A stretch of DNA of 32,528 bases from Sediminibacterium sp. (GCA_044360985.1 JBIKJM010000001.1:1-32528); one strand, 5' to 3'; shown: positions 19,201 through 28,917, counted from the stretch's first letter. Made by a program: numbers and translations. The notes: generated by a model from the letters alone, not told the origin.

Positions 19201-22200
19201 AAACAACATATTCTTGTTTACCGTCAAAATTACCATCAATATAATCAGCATCATCACGAATGTTAGGCATTTCATGAGATCCCGTCATATAACTAATTTT
19301 CTTTGTAATTGTTGAATTAGATGGAATTACTCCATTAACTAATTGATCATAGTTACGAGTAAATACACCATAATAATTAGTTGTAGAATCATGAACAAAA
19401 TCCCATTTTTCATTGGTAATTTTACCTTTTAAGGTTATAATCTCTGTATTAACATCATAATCATATAATGTATTTCTTCTTCTAATAATAGGAATATCAA
19501 ATTCATCATCAAAATTGATATTAAAAGGAGGAAGTATTTTTTGATAATAATCTGCCATGGATGTTAATTTAATTTTGGCATTATAATTAAATTTAATACT
19601 ATTACTACCAGGGCCTTTAATTGAATTTAATACATATAAAGTATCATACTGATCTATTCTAGATTGATTGGTATCAACTAAACGATATCTATCATCATAA
19701 AAAATTAAATGCGGGAACTTATTATTTTCAGGATCAGAAGATAAGTTTACAAGATTAAATTTAAGTCTATCACTTGAATTATTATATTTTATAGAAGCAG
19801 TATCCGATAAGAAATTAACAGCAGGCACATTGATTGTGTCATTAGAATTCTTAATATTACTTATGCCGCTTAATTTGTTATCTGAAGTAACTAGTTTTAA
19901 AGCATAGAAATAAGTTTTTCCATTTGTAATAGTGTCTAGAATTTGAGTGGTTGTCTTAGCTAATTCTCTGAAAACTTTTACAGTATCTAATGCAGTTTTT
20001 AAGGTGTCTCTAAATAATTGATATTTACTCAATGACAAAGTAGAATCATAATTAAATGTGATAGACAAAATCTTTTTATCATTTATATCTCTATTTAATT
20101 CTAATAAAGTTGGAGCTGCGAAATAGTTTTTATTTTCATAAGCACCAATATCAATAGAAGACCCAGCAGGTAATGGCCTATTATTGAATTCGAAATCCTT
20201 GGTAGCTGCAAATAATGTATCACCACCCATAATTAAATATGGCGCTCCTTTTCCTAAAGCAGGAGAACTATTTGAAAGTTGATAAGAACCCGATGAAACA
20301 TCATTATATAATGGATCTTTATTAATGTTGCCAGCCTTTAATGAATATACCCTGTCATCCACAATTGAATTAACAACAAGATGATTTTCACTTGACCCAT
20401 CTTTTAACATAGTTGAACGATCATTATCCCAAATAATACAGTTTAAAAAAGGCATTTTGCTTCTGGTATTCCAAGTACTTACCTCTCCCCAGTTTGAATT
20501 ATTGATGATATTTGAATTTACAAACCTTACTGTTCTATAATTTAAACTTGTAGAATCGCTTTGTACAGAGAATAAATATTCATTATTTGAAATAATACAG
20601 TTAACAAATGTTGGAGCTGCATTATAAGATGCAATAGTTCTACGCCATTTATTATTTTGAATGATACAATTTTCAAAAATTGGACTAGTATTTTGAGTAA
20701 TACTTATGACTCCACTAGGATCCGGATAAGATATATTATTATAATACGTGAAATCAGAAATACTGAAACCGCTAATGACAGAAACAGGATAAGGTATGTT
20801 ATTATCTGTATTCCCATCTACTCTAATTAAATAACCAACTTTATTAATATCTGATATACTTGTCTTAGAAGGCCCACCTGTTGTTCTAATTAAAATACTT
20901 TTATTGGAAACTTTAAAAGATGCATAAACACCTGGTTTAACCAATATTGTATCCCCATTTTTAGCGTTATTAATGGTTGTTTGTAAGTTATTATAAGGGA
21001 ATTCATTTGACCCAATTTGAATTGAATTTGGCAAAGTATCAACATACCAAGAATTAGTCAATTTTAACTGAACTAAATTACTAATTTTACTAACTGCTCC
21101 TCCAGAATCAATTGATTTAACAGCAAACCAATAATTTGTATTTGCTACTAAATCTGTGACTTTATAGAAACCTGTGTCTACTCCATTAGCAATCACATTT
21201 AAACTATCTTTATTTTTACCTCCTAATACTAAATATTTTACCTGTGCACTAAGTTTTTCCCAAGTCAATAATGCAGATCTAGGAGCAGATGAAATATATA
21301 TTGAGTCTACTCGACCAGGCGGAATATTAGGAATTACACTAATTTCATTACTAAACGCACTAGAAGATGAAGTTCCAATTAAATTAGATTTAATTCTATA
21401 AAAATACTTTACACCATTATTGACAGTAGAATCAATATACTTTAAACTTGTATTGTTAGTAGTAATATAAATTGGCTTTAATATTGAATTCGTATCAGTT
21501 ATTTCTTTTGTATCTCTATAAATTGAAAAGCCACTTATTTTTCCTGTTTTATAAGGTTTTAAAATAAAAATCGTATTAATATTATCTCCGCCTTCCACAT
21601 TATCTAAAATAGGAGAAGGTAAATTACTAGTAATCTGTTCTGCTCCAATATCTATATTTGTAGTTCTAATATTTTTATAAAAATCGAATAATGGCACTTT
21701 ATAGTATGATATTGAAGATCGATTTAATAAATCATACACACCCTCTTTAATACCAATAAAATTAGACTTTATTTTATTTGAAACTGTATCAAACATTTTA
21801 GATATATCTTGATCATAAATATTCCCGCTTTCTGTAATATTATAATAACCTTGATTTTTGTAATTTTTCAAAGAATCTGTTAATGTATTATTTAAGAAAA
21901 TTGTTGATCTATTTCTACTAGAGTTATTATTTGGATTGTAGAACATTATATCGCCAGCAGGATTGTAAATTAAATTATTAGCAATAATCATTGTTCTATC
22001 CCCACTTAATGAAACATGAATTGCTAAACCTTTATTTTTAATAAATGTATTATTAATAATAAATGTAGAGTCACCGCCCCATCCTCCTGGCTCAATTACT
22101 GCACTTCTAAAACCATCCCAACTATGAGTAAAATCATTACCATTTTCGACAAATAAATTATTCGTAATAAAAGTCTTCCCCTTCCAACCATTAATTAATT

Positions 22201-25159
22201 GAGTAGCATTGTTTTCCTGACTATACTTGTTTCTAAAAAAGAAATTTTGCTCAATTCTATTACCCCATCCTTCTAATGAAATAACACCGATATTTGACTC
22301 TATTCTACTTTGACTTAATACTGTAGCATTTCTTAAATAAATAAAAGGACTATTAATATTATTTGAATTACCATTATTCTTAATTATACAAGCATAAATG
22401 GAAATGAAAGAAGACACATTAAATACAAGTCCATTGTGGTTTTGTATGGTTAACCCATTGATTGTAAATGTAGATGACCCAGTAAATAAAGTAAAATCCT
22501 TACCTCCTGTTACAATTGTTCCAGTAATATCAGCAGAATCTTTAGTCGTAAAGTAGTTAGAAGTTATAAATACTTGTTTTTCTACATTTAAATTAGCAGC
22601 GTTAGTATATGTACCTTTTGCTATAACGATCGTATCTCCTGTAAATGAATTGGTTAAAGCTTTAGAAAGTGTTCTTAATGGACTATCAGCACTTCCAAAA
22701 TTTGTATCATTACCTGTTGGAGCAACATAAATTTTATTAGCTACTTTTTGAGCAGTAACAATATCAGAGAAAGCAGATTCAACCCCATTTGCATCCACTG
22801 CTTTAATTCTATAGTAGTACACTTGCTTTCCTAAATTCGAATCTAAGAAACTAGTTGTTGTGTTAGCTAATGTTTTTACAATAAATGAAGTGACTTTGAA
22901 TGAGTCTAATGAACGATGGATTTCATAATTACCTGATGCTTGGCCAGTTTCATTAGTCCATTGTAATCTTACAACATTTGAAACAGTTTTTGCACTTACA
23001 GTATTAGGCAGTTTTACACCAACTTGAGGAGTAGCACTTTTAATATTACCGAATCCTGATACTGCACTATTCGATTTTGTAAATGAATTTAATTTATAGA
23101 AATATTTTGTGCCATTGGTTAAATTATTATCAGTGTAGTCAGGATTATTTAATGAGGCTTGCCCATCGTATTCGATAACAAATCTTTTGCTAATTTCATT
23201 AGGTAAGTCATTCCAACCTGAACCATAAACTTCTAAATAATCTTCCCCACCACCATTAGGTTCACCTGAATTATAGCCAAAATTTGTACCAGGCATATCC
23301 AATGTCATTGGTCTTCCATTAACCCAATACCAATTTCCTTTTGGCTCATCTAATTTATTGATTTGATATCCTCCAACCCATACAGAGGAGCCACCTAATA
23401 ATGCATTTAATCTACCTTGGAAATAAGCAGCTTCTTGTGGAGTTTCAAGAGATGCTAATTGTCCACCCTCCGCAATTGCTGTATTGCGTGCATCAGTCCA
23501 GAATTGAGTTAAATTTGAATTACTTACATAATATTCGGAACCATTAAAGCTACCTAAATAGGTATATTGACTAATATTGACAGGCTTCCCATATGAATTA
23601 ATTCCATAATTTAATTTATTTATGTCATTGAATACAGTTGCTACTTTTGAATAAGTACCTAAGCTATCAGTTGCACGGTGAACTTGAATTGAATCTACAT
23701 AAGTTGGGGGAATGGTTGGCATTGTCCATCTTAGATAATTCTTTTGTTGACCAGCCGTAACAGAACTTAATGTTGGTATAGCTGGCCCTACAATAATTGT
23801 ATTTGTAACAGTACAACCAGCCAAATTTCTATAAGTTACATCAGTTGAGCCATTTGCTACAGGAACAAAATTTGCAGATGTTGTTGAAGATGAAATTGTA
23901 CCTACTGAAGTATTTGAAGAACTCCAAGTATTACTTGAAGCAGCTGTTGCTGATCCAGTTAAACTTAAATTTGTTCCAACAACTGTGTAAAATTTACTTC
24001 CTGTAACAGTTACAGTTGGATTTGCATTGATTGTAGAACTTGGAATTGTGATACTGCCTGATACTGATCCAGTAGATGCTAAACTAATATTTCTCGCACC
24101 AAATGTAGAGGCAGTAGTTGATGCGTTTGCCTTTACTCTAACAAAAATTGCAGTTGCAGCAATAGAACCTGAAGATTGCAATAAAACAACAGTGTCTTGA
24201 TATCCAGAACTACTAGATATTCTAGAAACTTCATATCCAGTAGGTGCCGTAATGATTAAATTATTAGTCAAGTCTGAACTTGTTACTGTAAAGCTTTGAC
24301 TTGGAGATGCAGTTCCTACACAAGTAGTAAATGCAGAAATAGCTCCATTTGTAATAATTTTTGCAACACCTAAAGTGATGCTATATGCTGGAGATTCACA
24401 GCCTGTTGTACTATTTTTAACTCTTAAAGCAAATCCATAACTACCCGCGGTTTTTGAGGATGGTAAAGTTACATCCAAGCTTGTGCCAGAAATGTTTCCG
24501 GCAGAAATAGTAGAAAAAGAAATCAATGCTGGTGAACCTGTAATAACTGAATATTGATCCGGAGTCCCAGTGGTTGCAGTTAATGGAATTGAGAATTTAG
24601 TTGCATTGGTTAGTACACTTGTAATTGAACCAGGAGTTGCAGTTGGAATAGGCGATACGGTAGAACTTGGCATCGTTAACTGTAAATCTTGATTAGCTCC
24701 ATTAGATGCTATGAGTAATGTGCCAGTATATGTGCCTGCATTTGCAGATGCACTTAATCTTATAAACACTGTTGTTGTAGTTAATATTCCAGCACTTGTT
24801 TGTTGAAGTACTAAACTAGTGGCATATGTCCCTGTACTTGTTCCTGATATTTCAAATCCAGTTGGTGCTGTTAAATTAACAGTAGTAGATGCATTTAAAT
24901 TACTAGCAGAAACTGTTATTGTCTGAGTACTAGAAGCAATTCCTTGACAAGCACTAAAGCTTGTTAAGTTTGCTGTTCTGGTGATAGTACCAGAACCACC
25001 CGCATAAACCATTGGCGTAACAATTTCGCTTTTAGTCAAAGTTGCCTTAGGCAATAAATTTGTTAAGTTTTTCGTTTCTGCTTTAGCAAAACTTAAAAAC
25101 AGAAAAAACTGTACGAAAATAAGAATGTACTTTCTTGCACTAGAGTTAGATGAAATCAT
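13226..25159 (-). CDS. Giant T9SS-secreted multidomain surface protein / putative adhesin
   Basis: Signal peptide AKA|E; Ser/Thr-rich Ig-like repeats; C-type lectin domain; FN3 domains; two DUF1565/beta-helix regions (IYVAPTGNDTNFGSADSP; WYVD..GSNEFPYNNLQ); three VCBS/FG-GAP clusters each followed by an FN3-like unit; cadherin-like and Ig-like domains; type A T9SS CTD (PNPF..LNPGVYFVRI..KMVKL). Confidence 0.9.
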   Translation of the reverse strand: MISSNSSARKYILIFVQFFLFLSFAKAETKNLTNLLPKATLTKSEIVTPMVYAGGSGTITRTANLTSFSACQGIASSTQTITVSASNLNASTTVNLTAPTGFEISGTSTGTYATSLVLQQTSAGILTTTTVFIRLSASANAGTYTGTLLIASNGANQDLQLTMPSSTVSPIPTATPGSITSVLTNATKFSIPLTATTGTPDQYSVITGSPALISFSTISAGNISGTSLDVTLPSSKTAGSYGFALRVKNSTTGCESPAYSITLGVAKIITNGAISAFTTCVGTASPSQSFTVTSSDLTNNLIITAPTGYEVSRISSSSGYQDTVVLLQSSGSIAATAIFVRVKANASTTASTFGARNISLASTGSVSGSITIPSSTINANPTVTVTGSKFYTVVGTNLSLTGSATAASSNTWSSSNTSVGTISSSTTSANFVPVANGSTDVTYRNLAGCTVTNTIIVGPAIPTLSSVTAGQQKNYLRWTMPTIPPTYVDSIQVHRATDSLGTYSKVATVFNDINKLNYGINSYGKPVNISQYTYLGSFNGSEYYVSNSNLTQFWTDARNTAIAEGGQLASLETPQEAAYFQGRLNALLGGSSVWVGGYQINKLDEPKGNWYWVNGRPMTLDMPGTNFGYNSGEPNGGGEDYLEVYGSGWNDLPNEISKRFVIEYDGQASLNNPDYTDNNLTNGTKYFYKLNSFTKSNSAVSGFGNIKSATPQVGVKLPNTVSAKTVSNVVRLQWTNETGQASGNYEIHRSLDSFKVTSFIVKTLANTTTSFLDSNLGKQVYYYRIKAVDANGVESAFSDIVTAQKVANKIYVAPTGNDTNFGSADSPLRTLSKALTNSFTGDTIVIAKGTYTNAANLNVEKQVFITSNYFTTKDSADITGTIVTGGKDFTLFTGSSTFTINGLTIQNHNGLVFNVSSFISIYACIIKNNGNSNNINSPFIYLRNATVLSQSRIESNIGVISLEGWGNRIEQNFFFRNKYSQENNATQLINGWKGKTFITNNLFVENGNDFTHSWDGFRSAVIEPGGWGGDSTFIINNTFIKNKGLAIHVSLSGDRTMIIANNLIYNPAGDIMFYNPNNNSSRNRSTIFLNNTLTDSLKNYKNQGYYNITESGNIYDQDISKMFDTVSNKIKSNFIGIKEGVYDLLNRSSISYYKVPLFDFYKNIRTTNIDIGAEQITSNLPSPILDNVEGGDNINTIFILKPYKTGKISGFSIYRDTKEITDTNSILKPIYITTNNTSLKYIDSTVNNGVKYFYRIKSNLIGTSSSSAFSNEISVIPNIPPGRVDSIYISSAPRSALLTWEKLSAQVKYLVLGGKNKDSLNVIANGVDTGFYKVTDLVANTNYWFAVKSIDSGGAVSKISNLVQLKLTNSWYVDTLPNSIQIGSNEFPYNNLQTTINNAKNGDTILVKPGVYASFKVSNKSILIRTTGGPSKTSISDINKVGYLIRVDGNTDNNIPYPVSVISGFSISDFTYYNNISYPDPSGVISITQNTSPIFENCIIQNNKWRRTIASYNAAPTFVNCIISNNEYLFSVQSDSTSLNYRTVRFVNSNIINNSNWGEVSTWNTRSKMPFLNCIIWDNDRSTMLKDGSSENHLVVNSIVDDRVYSLKAGNINKDPLYNDVSSGSYQLSNSSPALGKGAPYLIMGGDTLFAATKDFEFNNRPLPAGSSIDIGAYENKNYFAAPTLLELNRDINDKKILSITFNYDSTLSLSKYQLFRDTLKTALDTVKVFRELAKTTTQILDTITNGKTYFYALKLVTSDNKLSGISNIKNSNDTINVPAVNFLSDTASIKYNNSSDRLKFNLVNLSSDPENNKFPHLIFYDDRYRLVDTNQSRIDQYDTLYVLNSIKGPGSNSIKFNYNAKIKLTSMADYYQKILPPFNINFDDEFDIPIIRRRNTLYDYDVNTEIITLKGKITNEKWDFVHDSTTNYYGVFTRNYDQLVNGVIPSNSTITKKISYMTGSHEMPNIRDDADYIDGNFDGKQEYVVSPMQIKWASQFSNEGTNYQNINATLKLIKFIDVNNDGLKDVFATTNWNNWIGLQSVGGSPLMVFVSNKKMGSYELFYTNVSLDYNTSLYIGAMKNLQHGIYVIARTSGSSAYNTFKFDNRTNRLTTFNIDYKLKVNLQDGRFDVADVNGDGFPDIAQFANSGTIQIYLNNQLDGFKDVSKFDNPFNRDGQGNNYPYNFRLLDLNNDGYKDLVWNEYASSQNTYYTARVLRALIQTPSKSITSPTLLAPKNLTGVNNGYEIKVKWDKVLNQASNSVNTYNIKIDTSNTFKNAKLNTFHNYRASNSKVPIVLDGMKFGSYIDSLTFKDNAVSSKKPYYIAIQTVNPDGYVSAETQLSFTPKDVLTKSLSNILPGLENARLSWGDFNNDGLMDLAAMGKDDEGKSVTAIYQNKNGVLTDLGLTNLPLQNGDLKWADINNDGWLDLLAVGQSTASRNRVQLFTNRKSFFEITEPMSIPALKNSTIAFGDHDANGTNDLVIIGADSLSNPRSYLLNNDGKGNFVVDNSSQIIPSMCDGDIRFIDFDLDGDLDLIYAGSNKLDQSTAIGLGGIKVNTLLDPKNTINYISSFSTNYVQGLNLANAKFDLGDVDNDGDMDIVLIGTNQNGGSNVVATPIVKMIKNLTKESRSTNSYNNYIYTQESVIDSVDKGSVKFADYNNDGLLDLGYTGTNKLNSPTTKILLNMGGFNNFDTVKNVALPQYSASTIAWADFDNTGTVDLLVAGENKGVTALSVFINNQGDNKNLAPSSPPTGLNITDFGLGRIKLSWTPPIDDRSSQNSLYYQIRVGTTAGGSEIMSVPVSKVNGKFKLLTSNTALISGNSYYLELLPGKYFWSVMAIDNNFESSDFSEESSFSISYPWKFVNQGGLIDRRIQPVDNPAFAWADFNNDGLSDFIYLGSQSISSSGPTGVYQNQRNKFAKISTTGLEGLTGLKNIEVKCVDINADGFIDIVIAGEDPNNFSSTPTFRVYQNQNNNFRFTNVTSKFAIPQPLRTPKLEFSDFDNDGYMDMIYGGTQANGVGTVSIYKISKDTTNKTIPNNFRVSTLPNNLTQLINANDPQNIQFAFGDLNKDKTFDLITTYEGVGFARFTDIYTNVFDSATNSNLFTKFTGMRLPKIKNGKVELVDFNNDGLLDVAMTGYASGIGEIFNIYQNNYTKQNGLNFINVTTAGLQPVQNSKTTWGDYNGDGFPDVIFSGDRDGSGFITKMATSVKGASGFTQFNELTTFPFGNYSKLTPSMGDIAGDGQLGFVLVGSEKDPLYPSNLYKSFRILQNVRNAASKVVLPASNNQTNSTGQKTSMSISAKKSFADDLEKIDQELNEAIYIANAAPSKPELNNLSVLKKRDKNYLVEFNWKKAKDDNTPSSGLTYSLSIGTGYSTSDVVSVESDLATGMQKKPQDGNVGKDTSWQIALPPGKYYYSVQAVDASFAGSSFSDRKMFTLSAQGETKEASPPSDILFNDSTSTNYYFRKGDSANFKVILKAISKEVSAKYKLSLVTGTGATNPIFAFDSVTNTLTLKSKLIDTLYKLVIKGADTLGSDLVKTFNIYVRQSADNILLNSVSTDFIRYNAGIDSSLLATGLQAVYSNTNNSSSATFVYKLVSGTGDLNNASFYVRDNVLVNKRKLNSADTLTVRVSAIDDFGINTDKIIKFISTCTTKPNLTVTSSAAICSPGIINLTDVNYRNGSTGTFNLSYFNDVNEITVIKDPTKIASSGIYYIKATNSDNCSVIKPMNIAINPKPANPVVAALSLCTNSVAVPLTAKASAKSRLSWYGTNATGGSATNIAPTPTISNAGVTSYYVSQVDSLSGCESDRAKIDLTVNVVPITPIIVRDTAGNLISSSTIQLNWYKNGEKISNTNATFRPSEVGSYTVNTTVNGCTSAFSSPYYYLVTDIIRLSWDEFIKLTPNPFINFMNIDFVVKGHQRLNIDVFSAATGAKMATRIGVTAGSRLTFNELNPGVYFVRIASPDFKVAHQFKMVKL

Positions 25160-25526
25160 AAAAAAATAATTACTGTTTTGTGTTCAAACAAAACTTGTTA
25201 ATTAATTAAAAAATATAACAATAATATTACACCTATAAGATATGAGGGTACTTAATGGGGGGAGTGTAGATGTTAAATATATTAACAAATATTAGGATAT
25301 AAATGATTTAAGCTTAGAACTTACTCTTTTAATATAAATTTAATGTTGATAATTGCCTTAAATAAACATTAACAATAATATATATATTATAATTTAATTA
25401 AATATAATAAATTCTTTTAGTATAATTTCAAGTTATAAAAATCTCTTAATAAATTAAATGATCTACCTCCATTTTTTATTCTTACTATTTTATTAATCAC
25501 TAAATTTATCTCCTAAAACACCCATT

Positions 25527-26363
25527 TTGGAAGATATAAGCTGTTATTACGACGAACAAATAAGCCCTTTTAGCCATAGTGGCATGTCTCTAAATGATTT
25601 ACTGATTCAAAGAGGGTATGGGATTTTTGACTACCTAAGGGTGGTGGACAACAAGCCTTTATTTGTTCAAGACCATTTAGACAGATTATACCAATCCGCA
25701 GCATTGATGCATATGGTTGTGCCTCAATCAAAGGACGATATATTAAAAATTGTGATGGAATTAGTGGCAAAAAATGATATGCCTTATTCCGGACTGAAAT
25801 TGATTGTTTCTGGAGGAGACAGTTCGGATGGATATACTTTAGAGCAACCTAGGTTGACGATTATTCAACAACCCTTACCTGTGCCTTCTAATCAATTTTC
25901 GGTGAGTCCTTTTGCATTGATGAGTCATCCGTTTCAACGTCAATTGCCTCAGGTTAAAACGACCGATTATTTGATGGCCATTTATTTGCAACCTCAATTA
26001 AAAGCTTTTGGTGGACAAGATATTTTATATACCCACGAGGGGATGCTCAGAGAATGTCCTAGGTCCAATTTTTTCTTAATTTCTGAACAAGGTCATATTG
26101 TAACACCTAAAGACCAAGTCCTAAAAGGGATCACTAGAAAAAATATTTTAGCGGAAGCATCTGAAAACGGCATCACCATCGAAGAAAGACCAATAGCCCT
26201 TAATGAAATTCACACTGCTAAAGGTGCATTCATTGCGAGTTCTACAAAACGTATCATTGCTGTTACCAAAATAGATGCAACTGAAATCCCAACCGACTCC
26301 CCTATTTTACAAAAAGTATTTGATTTACTAGTTCAAAAAGAACAAGCTTATTTAAATGCATAA
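25527..26363 (+). CDS. PLP-dependent aminotransferase class IV (D-amino acid / BCAT / ADC-lyase family)
   Basis: RGYGIFD, HLDRL..SA, VKTT (PLP lysine), EC.RSNFF, LKGITR. The start is TTG and uncertain. Confidence 0.9.
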   Translation: MEDISCYYDEQISPFSHSGMSLNDLLIQRGYGIFDYLRVVDNKPLFVQDHLDRLYQSAALMHMVVPQSKDDILKIVMELVAKNDMPYSGLKLIVSGGDSSDGYTLEQPRLTIIQQPLPVPSNQFSVSPFALMSHPFQRQLPQVKTTDYLMAIYLQPQLKAFGGQDILYTHEGMLRECPRSNFFLISEQGHIVTPKDQVLKGITRKNILAEASENGITIEERPIALNEIHTAKGAFIASSTKRIIAVTKIDATEIPTDSPILQKVFDLLVQKEQAYLNA

Positions 26364-26381
26364 ACGAAAAGTTCTAAACAT

Positions 26382-26424
26382 AAAAAAAAGGGCTAACTTA
26401 TTTTAAATGAGTTAGCCCTTTTTT
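26382..26424. terminator. Bidirectional Rho-independent terminator
   Basis: AAAAAAAAGGGCTAACT..AGTTAGCCCTTTTTT between convergent genes. Confidence 0.9.
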
Positions 26425-26439
26425 ATTGATCAGACCAAT

Positions 26440-28917
26440 TTATTTCAATTGCTTTCTTAAAGCATCTAATTTACCCACATATAAACTACGGCCATGCGTA
26501 CCTAAAATAATCTCATGGTCTCTTGGGTGAATTTCTAAGTCATGCACTGGGACACTTGCTGGTAAACCTTTTGTCCAAGCCATAGAACTATTACCTCCAT
26601 CCAAACTCACATACAAGCCACCATCGGTACCAACATACAATACTTGTTCAGAAACTGCATCTTCTTTAATTACATTCACTGGCTCTGATGGCAAGTCTTT
26701 CATGATTTGTTTCCATGTAGTTCCATAATCATCGCTTTGGTATACATACGCATTAAAATGATCGTTGCGATACCCATTTAATGTTACATAAACACGAGCA
26801 ACATTATACTTACTCGCAATCACTCGACTAACATATAAACCCTTTGGTAATTTTTGACTAATCATTGTAAAACTATTACCCCCATCTTTTGACACTTGCA
26901 CATTACCATCATCAGTACCTACATAGATCAATCCAAAACGAATTGGACTTTCACTAATTGTAGTGGTTGTTCCAAATGGTACATCTCCTTGAACAGGATT
27001 GGTTGTTAGATCATTACTTAAAGTCACTAAGCTATCGCCCTTACTCATTGAGCGGTGGAATTTATTTGAACCAAAATAAAATACATCTTGATTGTGGCGG
27101 CTCAATAAAATTGGTGACTGCCAGTTGTATCTTACTGCAGGCTCACCTAAATCGCGCATTGGACGCACATTTTTACGTTCCTTAGTGGCAAGATTTTGTC
27201 TGCTGTAAAAACCAAATTGTGAACCACTATACACGGTTTTATTATCTCTCCAATCTACTTGTACTTGCATGCCATCTCCTCCACCAATCATTGTGTAAGG
27301 ATTTTGACCATTGTCATACCAATCATAGTTTTCTTTAGTAGCACTTGATCCAAACCAAGTACCATTGTCTTGTAATCCACCATATACATTGTATGGCTTT
27401 GCCATATCAATTGCGATATTGTAAAACTGTCCTACAGCTGGTGTATTTGCTTTAAACCAATGTGCTCCATTGTCATAAGTAATATTACATCCACCATCGT
27501 TACCAATAATCATATGACTATCTCGCGCACCATTCATCCATACAAAGTGATGATCCGCGTGCACATTCTCTTTACCAATTGAACTAAATGTTTTTCCACC
27601 ATCCGTACTTAATAAAACGCTTACACCTGTAATGGCAATTTTATCTGGATTGCTTGGGCTAACAAATACTTTACCAAAATAATAGCCATAGGTGCTATAT
27701 AATTCTATTGGCTTAACATGTGTTTTAACCCAGCTTAAACCCGCATTGTCAGAACGATACACTTGAGCACCATAGATTGGTGTTTCAAATAAAGCAGTAT
27801 TTGCATCATATAAATAATCCCAAATACAATTAGGTGCTAATTTACCAGACTTTACATCTTGCTTAATATTTTCAGCACTGTATTTTGTTGGGATGCCATT
27901 TCTTGGAGACTTTAAAAAAGTATTTAATTTTTTATCATCTAAAGCAAGAAACTGTTCTACAGTCAAAGCTTTAAAATCTCTTAACACATATCTTGTGGTA
28001 TCTGCTGCTTTTTGCATCGCAGTATCCGGTTGATGAAAATTATTATCCACGATTGCATATACAATAGAAGGATTTTTTGGATACACAGCTAACCCAATCC
28101 TGCCTACACCATCTCCTGAAGGGAATCCGCTTGTTGGTGTTGAGATTAAAGTCCATTTGTCACCACCATCTGTACTCTTATAGATACCTGAAGTTTTTCC
28201 TGCTTCTTCAAAATTGGATGCTGTTCTTGTTCTATACCACATTGCGGCATACAACACTTGTTCGCTGCTTGGATCCATATCTACATCAATAGCACCCGTA
28301 TTGGCATCCAATGCTAAAGTTTGGTTCCAAGTTTTACCAGCATCTATGGTTTTGTAGATGCCTCTATCTTTACTCTCAGAATATAAATGCCCTAGTACAG
28401 CGACCCATGCAGTGTTAGGATCTTTTGCAGATAATTGAATCTTGCCAATATGATGACTCTCTGGCAATCCAAGGTATTCCCAAGACTTGCCATTGTTAGC
28501 CGAACGATACACGCCTAAACCAGCATAAGTAGAACGACTACTATTGACTTCGCCTGTACCTACCCAAATATGCCTAATCTGCCAGTTCACGGCAATATCA
28601 CCAATCGTTAACACATCCACTGAATCAAAAATGGGTGCAAAACTTTGTCCATTATTTTGTGTATGCCATAATCCACCAGAAGCATATGCAACATAAAACT
28701 CAGTGGGGTCCTGAGGATTTACCTCAATGTCCACCACACGACCACTCATAATAGAGGGGCCAATATTTCTGAAACTAGTTTCATTTAAAGTAGATCGACT
28801 CAGCAATTGCTTTCTTTGGTCAATTATTTTTAATCTTTCCTGAGCGGATGTCGCTTTAATTTGTGCTTGTACCAATAAAGTACAAAAAAGGGCTGAAATC
28901 GTTAATAGTCTTTTCAT
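26440..28917 (-). CDS. Secreted VPS10/sortilin-like BNR-repeat (glycosyl hydrolase-like) protein
   Basis: IGP..MSGRV, repeated S/T-x-D-G-G-x-x-W Asp boxes, HADHH, GNDGG, GGLQDNG, GGGDG, GTHGR. Confidence 0.9.
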   Translation of the reverse strand: MKRLLTISALFCTLLVQAQIKATSAQERLKIIDQRKQLLSRSTLNETSFRNIGPSIMSGRVVDIEVNPQDPTEFYVAYASGGLWHTQNNGQSFAPIFDSVDVLTIGDIAVNWQIRHIWVGTGEVNSSRSTYAGLGVYRSANNGKSWEYLGLPESHHIGKIQLSAKDPNTAWVAVLGHLYSESKDRGIYKTIDAGKTWNQTLALDANTGAIDVDMDPSSEQVLYAAMWYRTRTASNFEEAGKTSGIYKSTDGGDKWTLISTPTSGFPSGDGVGRIGLAVYPKNPSIVYAIVDNNFHQPDTAMQKAADTTRYVLRDFKALTVEQFLALDDKKLNTFLKSPRNGIPTKYSAENIKQDVKSGKLAPNCIWDYLYDANTALFETPIYGAQVYRSDNAGLSWVKTHVKPIELYSTYGYYFGKVFVSPSNPDKIAITGVSVLLSTDGGKTFSSIGKENVHADHHFVWMNGARDSHMIIGNDGGCNITYDNGAHWFKANTPAVGQFYNIAIDMAKPYNVYGGLQDNGTWFGSSATKENYDWYDNGQNPYTMIGGGDGMQVQVDWRDNKTVYSGSQFGFYSRQNLATKERKNVRPMRDLGEPAVRYNWQSPILLSRHNQDVFYFGSNKFHRSMSKGDSLVTLSNDLTTNPVQGDVPFGTTTTISESPIRFGLIYVGTDDGNVQVSKDGGNSFTMISQKLPKGLYVSRVIASKYNVARVYVTLNGYRNDHFNAYVYQSDDYGTTWKQIMKDLPSEPVNVIKEDAVSEQVLYVGTDGGLYVSLDGGNSSMAWTKGLPASVPVHDLEIHPRDHEIILGTHGRSLYVGKLDALRKQLK

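Noticed and set aside
25160-25526. Phase-variable G tract or invertible promoter upstream of the giant gene
   Set aside because: The G run near 25257 is short and I found no convincing flanking inverted repeats in this very AT-rich region.
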